The notes under the pieces: generated by a model | What the model was told of the DNA's origin: nothing | Seen by the model: only the letters and a program-made list of their open reading frames with translations | The model's database searches: none | Shown here: positions 9,773 through 18,950 of the stretch, one piece after another | How the letters are laid out: each line of letters starts with the position of its first letter | How positions within the stretch are numbered: the first letter of the stretch is position 1 | Translations under genes and position numbers: made by a program | Assembly: GCA_963804165.1 (NCBI GenBank) | Contig: CAWDPO010000016.1 | Coordinates: 64,001 to 128,000 of the forward strand | Source: an uncultured delta proteobacterium | GTDB taxonomy: Bacteria; Desulfobacterota; Binatia; UBA9968 | DNA: 64,000 nucleotides | Reading direction: 5' to 3'

Positions 9773-9949
9773 CCCCGGTTTTTGCAATTTGATTCCGCGG
9801 GTTTCCTTCTGGCTATGATTCCTCATCAGATGACTCAAACGTTTTTCAAAGTTGTAGCTCCGCACAAGGCGCTAAAGATTCTGCTGTCCGTCGCACCGGT
9901 GGGCAAGGAGCAGATTGCTTCGGTAAAGGCGTGTGGGCGGCGCGACTAG
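9773..9949 (+). pseudogene. moeA: Diverged duplicate of the moeA promoter and first ~37 codons
   Basis: MTQTFFKVVAPHKALKILLSVAPVGKEQIASVKACGR* vs MAQTFFKVLAPQEALKILLGVTPVGVETIASVKARGR at 10846; upstream TTGATTCCGC...CTTCTGGCTATGATT also shared. Confidence 0.85.
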
Positions 9950-9997
9950 AAGCAAGGGATCGGAAATGTTTGGGAAAAGGTCGGCGCGAACTGCAGG

Positions 9998-10405
9998 TTA
10001 CTTCATCAGCCAGCGGATCTTGATCAGGTTTTCGACCGACTCGAATTCGGGATCGTTAGTTAACACGGTGGCGTCAAGGCGTTGGGCGGTGGCAATACAA
10101 AAGGCATCGGCGTAAGAGAGCGCGTGTTCGCTTTTGATTTCTGCCGCTGCTCGGACCAGCGGTTGGTCCACCGGAAAGAGGTCGATGGGTAGTTGTTCGA
10201 GGAGACGGAGCGCATCCATCGTCTTGGCGGCTCCGACGCGTCGTTTGACGATATAGTAGAACTCGCCCCAGTTGATCCAGTTGAGGACGGCGCGGGTGCG
10301 CGATTTTTCTTGATCGTAGAGAGCTTTTTGAACGACCTGCCAGCCCGGTTCCCGGTGAAAGAGACTGACGAGGGCAAAACTATCGAGAACGAGTTTTTCG
10401 CTCAC
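9998..10405 (-). CDS. vapC: PIN domain toxin, VapC family
   Basis: LVLDS, INWGE, LSYADAFC, VLTNDPEF; GTG start at 10405 overlaps the antitoxin gene. Confidence 0.92.
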   Translation of the reverse strand: MSEKLVLDSFALVSLFHREPGWQVVQKALYDQEKSRTRAVLNWINWGEFYYIVKRRVGAAKTMDALRLLEQLPIDLFPVDQPLVRAAAEIKSEHALSYADAFCIATAQRLDATVLTNDPEFESVENLIKIRWLMK

Positions 10406-10631
10406 GGCGCGCCTCTTCGCGGTGTTCACGGCGGAGATCTTGAGTTAAGGAAAATCGGCCCTTCAAAAAACCCGTGGCCGCCTCGATAGGATCGGCAGGA
10501 ACCGGGGTAAGGACTAACCGCCCGTCTTCTTCGTCGAGATGCACCTTGCCACCGGGTTTGAGCCCGAGTTTACGTCGCAGGTGTTTGGGAACCAAAATCT
10601 GCCCCTTTGGGGTCAATTGGGTTACGGACAT
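10380..10631 (-). CDS. vapB: AbrB/MazE/SpoVT family antitoxin (VapB)
   Basis: LTPKGQILVPKHLRRKLGLKPGGKV swapped-hairpin motif; directly upstream of the PIN gene. Confidence 0.92.
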   Translation of the reverse strand: MSVTQLTPKGQILVPKHLRRKLGLKPGGKVHLDEEDGRLVLTPVPADPIEAATGFLKGRFSLTQDLRREHREEARRERKTRSR

Positions 10632-10806
10632 AGAGATTTTTCTCCAACTGGAAAAAAGTGTACCAAAAGCCAAAAACGTAGGCAAGTGAGATGATCGGAG
10701 ATACAGGTTCGCGACGAGGAGGGAACTGAAAGTAACACGCAGCGGGGCCCACGTCATTTCGCTGCGAGCCGTTCGGTTCAGCAGCGTGAGCCCGGGCTCT
10801 TGCGGT

Positions 10807-10836
10807 TTGATTCCGCCGCTTTCTTCTGGCTATGAT
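10807..10836 (+). promoter_or_regulatory. Putative sigma70 promoter of moeA
   Basis: TTGATT-18 bp-TATGAT, 9 bp before the ATG; retained in the 9789-9819 copy with a 19 bp spacer. Confidence 0.5.
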
Positions 10837-10845
10837 TCCCCATCG

Positions 10846-12085
10846 ATGGCTCAGACGTTTTTCAAAGTACTGGCGCCGCAAGAGGCACTGAAGATTTTGC
10901 TCGGCGTTACGCCGGTGGGGGTTGAAACGATTGCGTCAGTCAAGGCGCGCGGCCGGGTGCTGGCGGAAGATCTTCAGTCCGCGGTCGACTTGCCCCATTT
11001 TCACCGCGCGGCGATGGACGGTTATGCCGTTAGAGCGAAGGACACCTTCGGCGCCAGTCAAAGCTTGCCCGCTTATCTGAAACTTACCGGCGTCGTGGAG
11101 ATGGGCAAAGAGGCGGTGCAAGCAGTGACGCCGGGTGCGGCGGTGCGCATTTCCACGGGCGGTATGATGCCGCCCGACGCCGATGCCGTGGTGATGGTCG
11201 AGTACACCGATGAGACCGACGCCGGTTTAGTCGAGATTCACCGCGGCGTGTCGCCGTGGCAAAACGTGATCCAGATCGGTGACGACATCAAAAAGGGCGA
11301 AACGGTTTTTTCGCATGGACGGCGGCTGCGTGCGCACGACGTCGGCGCTTTGACGGGTGTCGGCATTTCATCGATCTCGGTTTACAAAAAGCCGCACGTT
11401 GCTCTGATTTCTACGGGCGACGAGATCGTCGACGCCGACACCGACCCGCAGCCGGGACAGGTGCGAAACATCAATCAACATTCGCTTGCCGGATTGATCG
11501 AAGAATGCGGCGGCGAGTTGAGAGACTTGGGAGTCGTTCGCGACGATCGCAGCGCGCTCACCGAAGCGATCGGCGCCGCGCTCGAGTGGGGCGATGTCGT
11601 GCTGCTTTCCGGCGGCAGCTCCATGGGCGCGAAAGATATTGCGCTGGAGACGATTCTGTCTTTCCCTGATTCGGAATTTATGTTTCACGGCATCTCGATC
11701 GCGCCGGGCAAGCCGACGATTTTCGCCAAGGCTTGCAGCAAACCAATTCTCGGCCTGCCGGGCTATCCAGTGTCGGCGCTGGTGATTTTCGATTTGTTCG
11801 CGGCCCCGCTGATTCGCCGTCTCGGGCGGTGAAAACGTCGATACGCTGCAGCGCTTCGCGCGCAGCGCGCGGGCGGTATTGAAAACCAACATCGCATCGC
11901 AGATCGGCCGCGAGGATTATGTGCGCGTCACCCTGGAGCGCCAGTCGGAAAAATTGGTCGCGACGCCGTTGCCGAGCAAATCCGGCGCGATCTTCACGCT
12001 CGTCAAAGCCGATGGCATGGTGCGCATCGATATGAATCAGGATGGTTTGGAACAAGGGGAAGAGGTCGAGGTCATTCTCTTTTAG
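10846..12085 (+). CDS. moeA: Molybdopterin molybdotransferase MoeA, apparent frameshift near 11828
   Basis: AAMDGYAVRA, STGDE, LSGGSS, PGKP, GLPGYPVS; the C-terminal domain (GREDYVRV...GEEVEV) lies in another frame (11879-12085). Confidence 0.93.
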
Positions 12086-12150
12086 TTTTGGAGTTTAGAT
12101 TTGCGCGTTTCGGATTATGAGAAATTACCCCAAACCCTAAACCCAGAACT
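12085..12150. repeat. Short imperfect palindromic intergenic element with ~7-bp iterations
   Basis: AGTTTTGGAGTTTAGATTTG ... CAAACCCTAAACCCAGAACT. Confidence 0.45.
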
Positions 12151-12160
12151 GACGAAGTCC

Positions 12161-14092
12161 ATGGCCCGCAAACGTTATCTTAAGAAAACTCCTCTGACCG
12201 AGGCGCGTGAATTGTTTCTCGCCACGGTGGATCCGAGCGGACTTGCCGTGGAAGAAATCGCCGTCGACGACGGGCTCGATCGCATCACCGCGGAACCGGT
12301 TTTTGCGAAAATTTCCTCGCCGCACTATCACGCCTCCGCCATGGACGGCATCTGCGTGCGCGCTGAGGACACCTTCGGTGCCACCGAATTCGCCGGTCAA
12401 AAATTCACATTAGCCTCTTCCGACACGCCGGGCGCTGCCGCATTCGAGTACGTCGATACCGGAAATTCCCTGCCGCCGTGGGCCAATGCCGTGATCATGA
12501 TCGAGAAAGTTCATCAGGTCGACGACAGGACCGTGGAAATCTTCGAGTCCGTAGCGCCATGGAATCACGTACGCTTGGTCGGCGAAGACGTGGTTGCCAC
12601 GGAGCTGCTATTGCCACGCGCCCATCGCCTGCGCCCTTATGATTTAGGCGCACTGCTGGCAGCGGGGCATACGACGGTCCGGGTCAAAGCGAGACCCAAG
12701 GTCGGCATCATTCCGACGGGAGACGAGTTGATTCAACCGGGCGAGGAAACCAAACCAGGCGCTGTCATCGATTTCAATTCCACGGTTCTCGCCGCTTTCG
12801 TGCGCGAATGGGGCGGGACCGCGAGAAAGTATCCACGCGCTCGCGATGATCTGACGCTCCTCAAAGAGGCGGTACACCGAGCGGCCTCTGAGTGTGATCT
12901 AGTGGCGATCATCGCCGGCTCTTCGGCCGGCGAGCATGATTTCACTGCGGACGTGGTTGCGCAGTCGGGCCAACTCTTAGTTCATGGTATAGACGTGATG
13001 CCGGGGAAGCCGGCGGTGCTGGGACGAGTCGATGAAAAACCGTTGATCGGTGTGCCCGGTTATCCGGTATCGGCTATCGTGATTGCGCGCGAGATCTTGC
13101 GGCCAGCCTTGGAGAAATTTCTCGGCGCAAGCGCGCCATCGCAACCGACCGTGCGCGCCGTCGTACCGAAAAAAATCGCCTCCCATCTCGGTTTGGAAGA
13201 GTTCATTCGCGTGACCGTGGGGCGAGTCGGAGAAAAGTTGATCGCCGTTCCGCTTGCCCGCGGCGCCGGCGTGATCACCACTATGGTGCGTGCCGACGCC
13301 TTGATGCGCATCCCCAGTCTCGTAGAAGGACTCAACGCCGGTGAGGAAACCGACGTCGAGCTGCTTCGGCCGATTGAAGATATCGAAAACACCATACTTT
13401 GTACGGGCAGCCACGACATGGCGATCGGCGTGCTCGAAGATCAACTGAAACAGGTTCAGCCTAAATTGAAAATCGCCGCGACGAACGTCGGCAGCCTTGG
13501 CGGCTTGTTGGCATTACAGCGGGGTGAGACGCATATCGCGGGAACGCATCTACTCGATGCCGACAGCGGCACCTACAATGTTCCCGATATCAAACGAACG
13601 ATTCCAAAAGTGCCGATCGTTCTCGTTCACTTGGCGCAGCGCGAGCAAGGAATACTCGTTGCCAGCGGCAACCCTAAGTCGATTCGCAGTCTCCAAGACC
13701 TTGCGAGAAAGGGAGTGCGCTTCGTGAACCGTCAGCCTGGTTCGGGCACGCGAGTATTGCTTGATTATGAACTCAAGAAGCTTGGCATCGCTGAGGCGTC
13801 GATCAGCGGCTACGAGCGCGAAGAGTTTACCCACATGGCGGTCGGAGTCGCGATTGCGAGCGGGCTTGCGGACGCCGCCCTCGGCGTGCGCGCCGCGGCT
13901 CAGGCGCTCGCGCTCGACTTCATTCCGGTTGCGAGCGAGGAGTATGATTTACTGATCGCTCGCGCGTTTTTCGAATCCGCGCGCGGCAATCAGCTGCTCA
14001 CGATCATTGGCGCGGACGGATTTAAGCGCGCCGTTGCCGCGCTCGGCGGGTACGATGCGGCGCGGGCCGGCGAAGTCCTCTATCGCCAGTAA
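12161..14092 (+). CDS. moeA: MoeA fused to a C-terminal periplasmic-binding-protein-like (molybdate/tungstate) domain
   Basis: SAMDG, PTGDE, GSSAG, PGYPVS, followed by GSHD, VGSLGGL, FVNRQPGSGTR, EFTHMAV. Confidence 0.93.
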   Translation: MARKRYLKKTPLTEARELFLATVDPSGLAVEEIAVDDGLDRITAEPVFAKISSPHYHASAMDGICVRAEDTFGATEFAGQKFTLASSDTPGAAAFEYVDTGNSLPPWANAVIMIEKVHQVDDRTVEIFESVAPWNHVRLVGEDVVATELLLPRAHRLRPYDLGALLAAGHTTVRVKARPKVGIIPTGDELIQPGEETKPGAVIDFNSTVLAAFVREWGGTARKYPRARDDLTLLKEAVHRAASECDLVAIIAGSSAGEHDFTADVVAQSGQLLVHGIDVMPGKPAVLGRVDEKPLIGVPGYPVSAIVIAREILRPALEKFLGASAPSQPTVRAVVPKKIASHLGLEEFIRVTVGRVGEKLIAVPLARGAGVITTMVRADALMRIPSLVEGLNAGEETDVELLRPIEDIENTILCTGSHDMAIGVLEDQLKQVQPKLKIAATNVGSLGGLLALQRGETHIAGTHLLDADSGTYNVPDIKRTIPKVPIVLVHLAQREQGILVASGNPKSIRSLQDLARKGVRFVNRQPGSGTRVLLDYELKKLGIAEASISGYEREEFTHMAVGVAIASGLADAALGVRAAAQALALDFIPVASEEYDLLIARAFFESARGNQLLTIIGADGFKRAVAALGGYDAARAGEVLYRQ

Positions 14093-14340
14093 GCTGAACG
14101 GGCATTGCCTACAGAGTCGGGCCATGGGTGCGCATCGTCGTCATCATCGATAGCCGGATTGCCCGTTCTGGCAATTAGTTTTCATACACCAGGACTCCGA
14201 GAATCGCGCTTCCGCCCAGCTGGTTGGGATCGTTGCGGTCTCGCTCCGAACCGTCATGGTTTGTCCATTTCTGTACTGCACTTCTCCGTTTAAGTTTCAA
14301 CATTCCTAATAAAAACAGGTGGTTAGCTGGGGTTGAGCAC

Positions 14341-14355
14341 TGGCATTGGCATTGC
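14341..14355 (+). promoter_or_regulatory. sigma54 (-24/-12) promoter
   Basis: TGGCATTGGCATTGC, canonical GG-N10-GC spacing, 24 bp before the ATG at 14380. Confidence 0.6.
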
Positions 14356-14379
14356 TCAAAAGAGCCCAAGGACAATTCC

Positions 14380-14595
14380 ATGGAAGATCCGAACGAAAGT
14401 TTCCAGTTGCTCACACTCCCAGAGGCTGCACAGCTGCTTCATGTTTCCATACGAACCGTGCATCGAATGATCCACAAAAATGATTTGCCGGCGTTTAAAG
14501 TCGGCGGACAGTGGCGTTTGCGACAGAGCCAACTCGAACAGTGGATACAGCGTCGAGTGGAGTCAGGGAGCGTCGCGGTTAAAGGCAACCCGTGA
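14380..14595 (+). CDS. Excisionase-family HTH DNA-binding protein (HTH_17)
   Basis: LLTLPEAAQLLHVSIRTVHRMIHKNDLPAFKVGGQWRL; AAGGA RBS. Confidence 0.88.
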   Translation: MEDPNESFQLLTLPEAAQLLHVSIRTVHRMIHKNDLPAFKVGGQWRLRQSQLEQWIQRRVESGSVAVKGNP

Positions 14596-14728
14596 CGTCA
14601 GATAACCCCAATGGGAAATGGCGGTGCCAGCGCACGCATTTCTCAATGTTTGGTTTTTTTTCCGCCGCGTTTGTTCACAGCTCCAAGGGTTTTGTTTTCA
14701 CGATATGAAAGTACAGTAGGCTGACGGT

Positions 14729-17398
14729 GTGACCAGGAAGAGCGAGCAACGCTTGGGTATGTGGAAGCTTGACCGGATCATGCTGCAAGCCACCGGCTCG
14801 TTTTTGCAGAGACTTCGTCAACGGTTGCTGATCATTATCCTGATCGCAGTCGTGCCGATTCTGGGCTTTATTTTCTACCAAGCGAAGATCGCGCGTGACG
14901 TGCAAATTGCCGAGGCCCAGGAGGCGGCCTGGGAAATCGTCGAAAACGTCGCGATAAGAGAATCTCGATTTATCGACGCTGCGCAGCAGCTGCTGATGCT
15001 GTTGGCAGAATCGCCGGAATTGGCCAACGCTGATACTTTCGCTTGTAACGATTTCCTGAGGCGATTTGCCGAGCGCAATCGCGTTTATGTCGATCTCGGC
15101 GTTGCCGACAGCAATGGCCACGTCCGGTGCCGCGCACAGAGCTGGGAGGGATCCGAGATTAATGTGGCAGGAACAAATCATTTCCAACAGGCGCTGAAAG
15201 CAAAATCTTTTGCCATAGGCGATTTCCAGCTCCAAGGCGTCTCGCAGCGAAAAGGCGTGAATTTCGGGTATCCGGTACTGGACGATCAAGGTCACGTACG
15301 GTCGGTTATTTTCGCGGCGCTGGATATAAATTGGATCAATCAGCTCGCGGCGGCTCATCATTTGCCCGCGGGAGTAGCGCTGTCAATCGTCGATAGCAAA
15401 GGCACCCTGCTGGCAAGATTTCCTGATCCCGACAAATGGGTCGGCAAGCATATCCCTGATGCTTCACTATTCGAGATGCTGCAGTTGCGTAGCCAACTCA
15501 CCAGGGAACTCGTCGGTTTGGATGGTGTGGACCGGCTCTACGCGCTCAAGCCGCTTTTCTGGCGCGCAGCCGCCGGGCAAATCTACGTAATGGTCGGTAT
15601 TCCAAAGGAGGTGGCGTACGGACCGGCCAATCGAGCCTTGGCACGCAACTTAATCTGGCTTGTCATGGTGTCCGTCGCGGCGACCAGCTTGGCTTGGTTA
15701 ATCGGCAGCACATTCGTCGTTGGGTATGTGAAAATCCGCGCGGAAGCTGAAGAAGCGCGAATTCAGCTCGCAGCAATTGTTGAGTCTTCCGAGGATGCGA
15801 TCATCGGCATGACGTTGGACGGCAGAGTGACGAGTTGGAATGAAGGCGCCGAATCCATGTATGGATACAAGCGTTTGGAGATCATCGGCCAATCCGTCTA
15901 CTGTCTGATTCCCGAGACCCACCATAATGAGGTTGCCGAACTCCTGGAGATTGTCAAACGCGATCTGGGGATCAACCGTTATGAGAGCAAGCGAATGCGC
16001 AAGGATGGCCAATTATTCGATGTATCTGCGTCGCTTTCACCCATCCGCGATTTGCAAGGAAAGGTTATCGGCGCCGCCACGATCACGCGGGATATCACCT
16101 TGCTCCGCAAGGGCGAAGAACAACTCCTTGCCTACACGGGCCAGCTCGAGGCGCTCAATCTGGTGTCTCAAGAAATCGCCGACACATTATCGGTGGGGGA
16201 AGTCATCGAGCGGGGCTTGAGCCGCTTGGTTTCTGCCAGCGGATTCGAGATCGCCGTCGCACGCACGTGGCACGAAGGCGCGGAGCGCAAATTTTACGGC
16301 GTCAGTTCCGAGCCGCGTTCGTCGGCGGAACTGGAAAGACTTTGGACCCAACTCGGGGCCGAGTTCGAGCAGTGTTTTTGGGAGTGCAGGAATGCTTGGT
16401 TTGTCGAGGATGTGGCGGCGGCTCCGGAGCTTGCTCTCGCCGCTAACAATAATCCCATCGAGGCTTTAGCGGTCTTACCCTTGGCTCATGGAGGGCCGCT
16501 ACGGGTCGCGATTGCACTAATGGGCACCCGCATTCATCCGTTTGGCACTGACGAGAAACAAATTCTACAAGCGATGTCGCGCCAAATTGCCCTGGCGGTG
16601 GAGAACGCCCGCCTCTACGGCACCACGTTAGAAGTGAACCAAGAGTTGCGTAGAGAAATTGAAGAACGCACACGGGCCGAGCGCGCCTTGGCCGATTTCA
16701 CGGCGATGATCGCTCATGATCTGCGCTCGCCCTTGTCGAATGTGGTGTCGATTACCGATTCAATCCGCGATGGCCTATTCGGCCCTGTGACGGAACTGCA
16801 ACAGAAATGGCTCTGGAAAGTGCAAGTGAGCTGCACGAGCTTGATTCACCATGTCAGCGATTTCCTCGATATCTCGAAAATTGACGCCGGCAAGCTGCAA
16901 CTGATCAAAGTGCCGGTAGACATCGCACCGATGCTTCGTGACACCTTGCTCGAATATTCCGTCAAAGCGGATAAAAGAAAAATCGTGCTAAAAACCGACA
17001 TCAGCGATCGCTTGCCGCCGCTGTGCGTCGATCGTCCGCGCATGAATCAGGTGCTCGATAATCTCTTGAGCAACGCCCTGAAATTTACCGAAATTGGCGG
17101 CGAGATTGAAATTGGTGCCAGCGTTTTGAGCAATTCCGAAATGATCTTGGGGATCAAAGATTCCGGAATCGGTATTCCGCAGGAAGAGTTGGAACTCATA
17201 TTTGACAAGTATCGTCAGGTCGGCGGCGGTCAGAATTCGAATTACAGAGGGACGGGGCTTGGCTTGGCGATCTGCAAAAAAATCATCGAAGCACACGGTG
17301 GCCGGATCTGGGCGGAAAGCGAACTCGGTCGAGGCAGCACGTTTTATGTTTCGCTGCCGCTCCAGCCTGAAGATACGAGTTATGCTATACCGGCATGA
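14729..17398 (+). CDS. Membrane sensor histidine kinase (Cache-PAS-GAF-HisKA-HATPase)
   Basis: Two TM flanking a Cache-like region; PAS (SSEDAII..WNEGAE.MYGY); GAF (ALAVENARLY); HDLRSP, NLLSNALKF, DSGIGI, GTGLGL. Start may be 14760. Confidence 0.93.
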   Translation: MTRKSEQRLGMWKLDRIMLQATGSFLQRLRQRLLIIILIAVVPILGFIFYQAKIARDVQIAEAQEAAWEIVENVAIRESRFIDAAQQLLMLLAESPELANADTFACNDFLRRFAERNRVYVDLGVADSNGHVRCRAQSWEGSEINVAGTNHFQQALKAKSFAIGDFQLQGVSQRKGVNFGYPVLDDQGHVRSVIFAALDINWINQLAAAHHLPAGVALSIVDSKGTLLARFPDPDKWVGKHIPDASLFEMLQLRSQLTRELVGLDGVDRLYALKPLFWRAAAGQIYVMVGIPKEVAYGPANRALARNLIWLVMVSVAATSLAWLIGSTFVVGYVKIRAEAEEARIQLAAIVESSEDAIIGMTLDGRVTSWNEGAESMYGYKRLEIIGQSVYCLIPETHHNEVAELLEIVKRDLGINRYESKRMRKDGQLFDVSASLSPIRDLQGKVIGAATITRDITLLRKGEEQLLAYTGQLEALNLVSQEIADTLSVGEVIERGLSRLVSASGFEIAVARTWHEGAERKFYGVSSEPRSSAELERLWTQLGAEFEQCFWECRNAWFVEDVAAAPELALAANNNPIEALAVLPLAHGGPLRVAIALMGTRIHPFGTDEKQILQAMSRQIALAVENARLYGTTLEVNQELRREIEERTRAERALADFTAMIAHDLRSPLSNVVSITDSIRDGLFGPVTELQQKWLWKVQVSCTSLIHHVSDFLDISKIDAGKLQLIKVPVDIAPMLRDTLLEYSVKADKRKIVLKTDISDRLPPLCVDRPRMNQVLDNLLSNALKFTEIGGEIEIGASVLSNSEMILGIKDSGIGIPQEELELIFDKYRQVGGGQNSNYRGTGLGLAICKKIIEAHGGRIWAESELGRGSTFYVSLPLQPEDTSYAIPA

Positions 17399-18938
17399 GC
17401 CCGTGTTTCTTTCTTGGTCGCACTTCTTTCTTATAGCGAAGAATTTCCAGGGACTGGATAAGCCGCCGGCGCGTCTCCAACGGACGAATGGCCGCGTGGG
17501 CAAATTGCTTTGATAACGCTTCAAACGGACCGTTGAATCGCTCCTGGTATTCGGCGAGTTTTTCCGCGCGCGTTTTCGCCGGGTCGGCTGATTGCTCGAT
17601 CTCGCGTTTGAAAATCACGTTGACCGCCCCGCCGCCGCCCATGACGGCCAGTTCGACGCCGGGCCAAACGAACAGCTGGTCCGCGCCCATTTCCCGAGTG
17701 CATAACGCTTGCTTGGCGCCACCATAACCCTTTCTGAGCACGATCGTAATCTTCGGCACCGTCGCTTCGGCGTAGGCGTAGAGCATCTTGGCGCCGTGGC
17801 GAATAATGCCTTTTTCTTCCTGCTGTTTACCGGGGAAAAACCCCGGCACGTCCATCAGCGTGATGATCGGAATATTAAAGGCGTCGCAAAAACGGATGAA
17901 CCGCGCCGCCTTGTCCGAAGCGTCGACGTCCAAGCTGCCGGCGAGAAACATCGGTTGGTTGGCGACGAAGCCGACAGGATAGCCGTCGAGCCGGCCGAAG
18001 CCGATGACGAGATTGCGGGCAAATTTCGCTTTCAACTCGAAAAAATCGTCATCGTCGACGATCGCCTTGATCACTTGAAGGATGTTATACGCGCGCTTCA
18101 TATCCTCGGGGACGATCGTATCCAGTTTGTCGAGCGAGCGCATCGGATCGTCGCCGCACGCTTTGCGCGGCGGCAACGATTCGAAGCTCGACGGCAAAAA
18201 ACCGATAAGCTTTCGGATCGTCGCGAGGCATTCCTCGTCGTTCTTGGCCACCAGGTCGGTGACGCCTGACACTTCGGAATGAATTTTCGCGCCGCCCAGC
18301 TCCTCCATCGTGACCGTTTCACCGAGGACTTCCTTGATGACTGCGGGACCGGTGATGAACATCTGGCTGGTGTTTTGTACTTGGATGATAAAGTCGGTGA
18401 GGGCGGGCGAGTAGGAGCCCACGCCGATGCACGGCCCCATGATAGCCGAGATCTGCGGAACGCAGCCCGAGGCGATACTGTTTTCAAAAAAGATTTTACC
18501 GATGGCCGACGTGACCGAGAGGCCTTCTTGAATGCGCGCCCCGGCGGAGTCATTTAAGCCGATCACGGGGACGCCGAGTTTGCGCGCGGTTTGGATGACG
18601 TAGGCAATCTTCTCGGCGTGGGCGCTGCCGACACTGCCGGCGAGAACGGAGCGGTCTTGGGAGTAGACATAGACTGGCCTGCCGTCGATTTTCCCGAATC
18701 CAATGACGACACCGTCGGAGGGCAGCTTTTTCTCCGCCATGCCGAAGTCGGTGCACTGGGTTTCGGCCAGCATGAATTCTTCGACGAACGAACCGGGATC
18801 GAGGAGTTTGTCGATGCGTTCGCGGGCGGTGAGCTTGCCTTCGGCGCGTTGCCGTGACGTGGCTTTCGGATCGGCGTCGAGGGCGATTTTCTCCCGCTGG
18901 GAAAGTTTTCTTTCGAGATCTTCCCTGGATTGCGCCAT
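17385..18938 (-). CDS. Acyl-CoA carboxyltransferase (methylmalonyl-CoA decarboxylase alpha / PccB-like)
   Basis: GKLTARERI, DSAGARIQEG, LGGAKIHS, RFCDAFNIP, DVPGF, IIRHGAK, KKHGLMPV. Confidence 0.93.
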   Translation of the reverse strand: MAQSREDLERKLSQREKIALDADPKATSRQRAEGKLTARERIDKLLDPGSFVEEFMLAETQCTDFGMAEKKLPSDGVVIGFGKIDGRPVYVYSQDRSVLAGSVGSAHAEKIAYVIQTARKLGVPVIGLNDSAGARIQEGLSVTSAIGKIFFENSIASGCVPQISAIMGPCIGVGSYSPALTDFIIQVQNTSQMFITGPAVIKEVLGETVTMEELGGAKIHSEVSGVTDLVAKNDEECLATIRKLIGFLPSSFESLPPRKACGDDPMRSLDKLDTIVPEDMKRAYNILQVIKAIVDDDDFFELKAKFARNLVIGFGRLDGYPVGFVANQPMFLAGSLDVDASDKAARFIRFCDAFNIPIITLMDVPGFFPGKQQEEKGIIRHGAKMLYAYAEATVPKITIVLRKGYGGAKQALCTREMGADQLFVWPGVELAVMGGGGAVNVIFKREIEQSADPAKTRAEKLAEYQERFNGPFEALSKQFAHAAIRPLETRRRLIQSLEILRYKKEVRPRKKHGLMPV

Positions 18939-18950
18939 AAATTTTCTCGC

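Noticed and set aside
11820-11835. Programmed frameshifting in moeA or other split genes
   Set aside because: No slippery site with a stimulatory structure; many unrelated genes show the same single-base shifts, which fits sequencing error.
14380-14595. Prophage/ICE suggested by the excisionase-like gene
   Set aside because: No integrase, att site or phage genes nearby.
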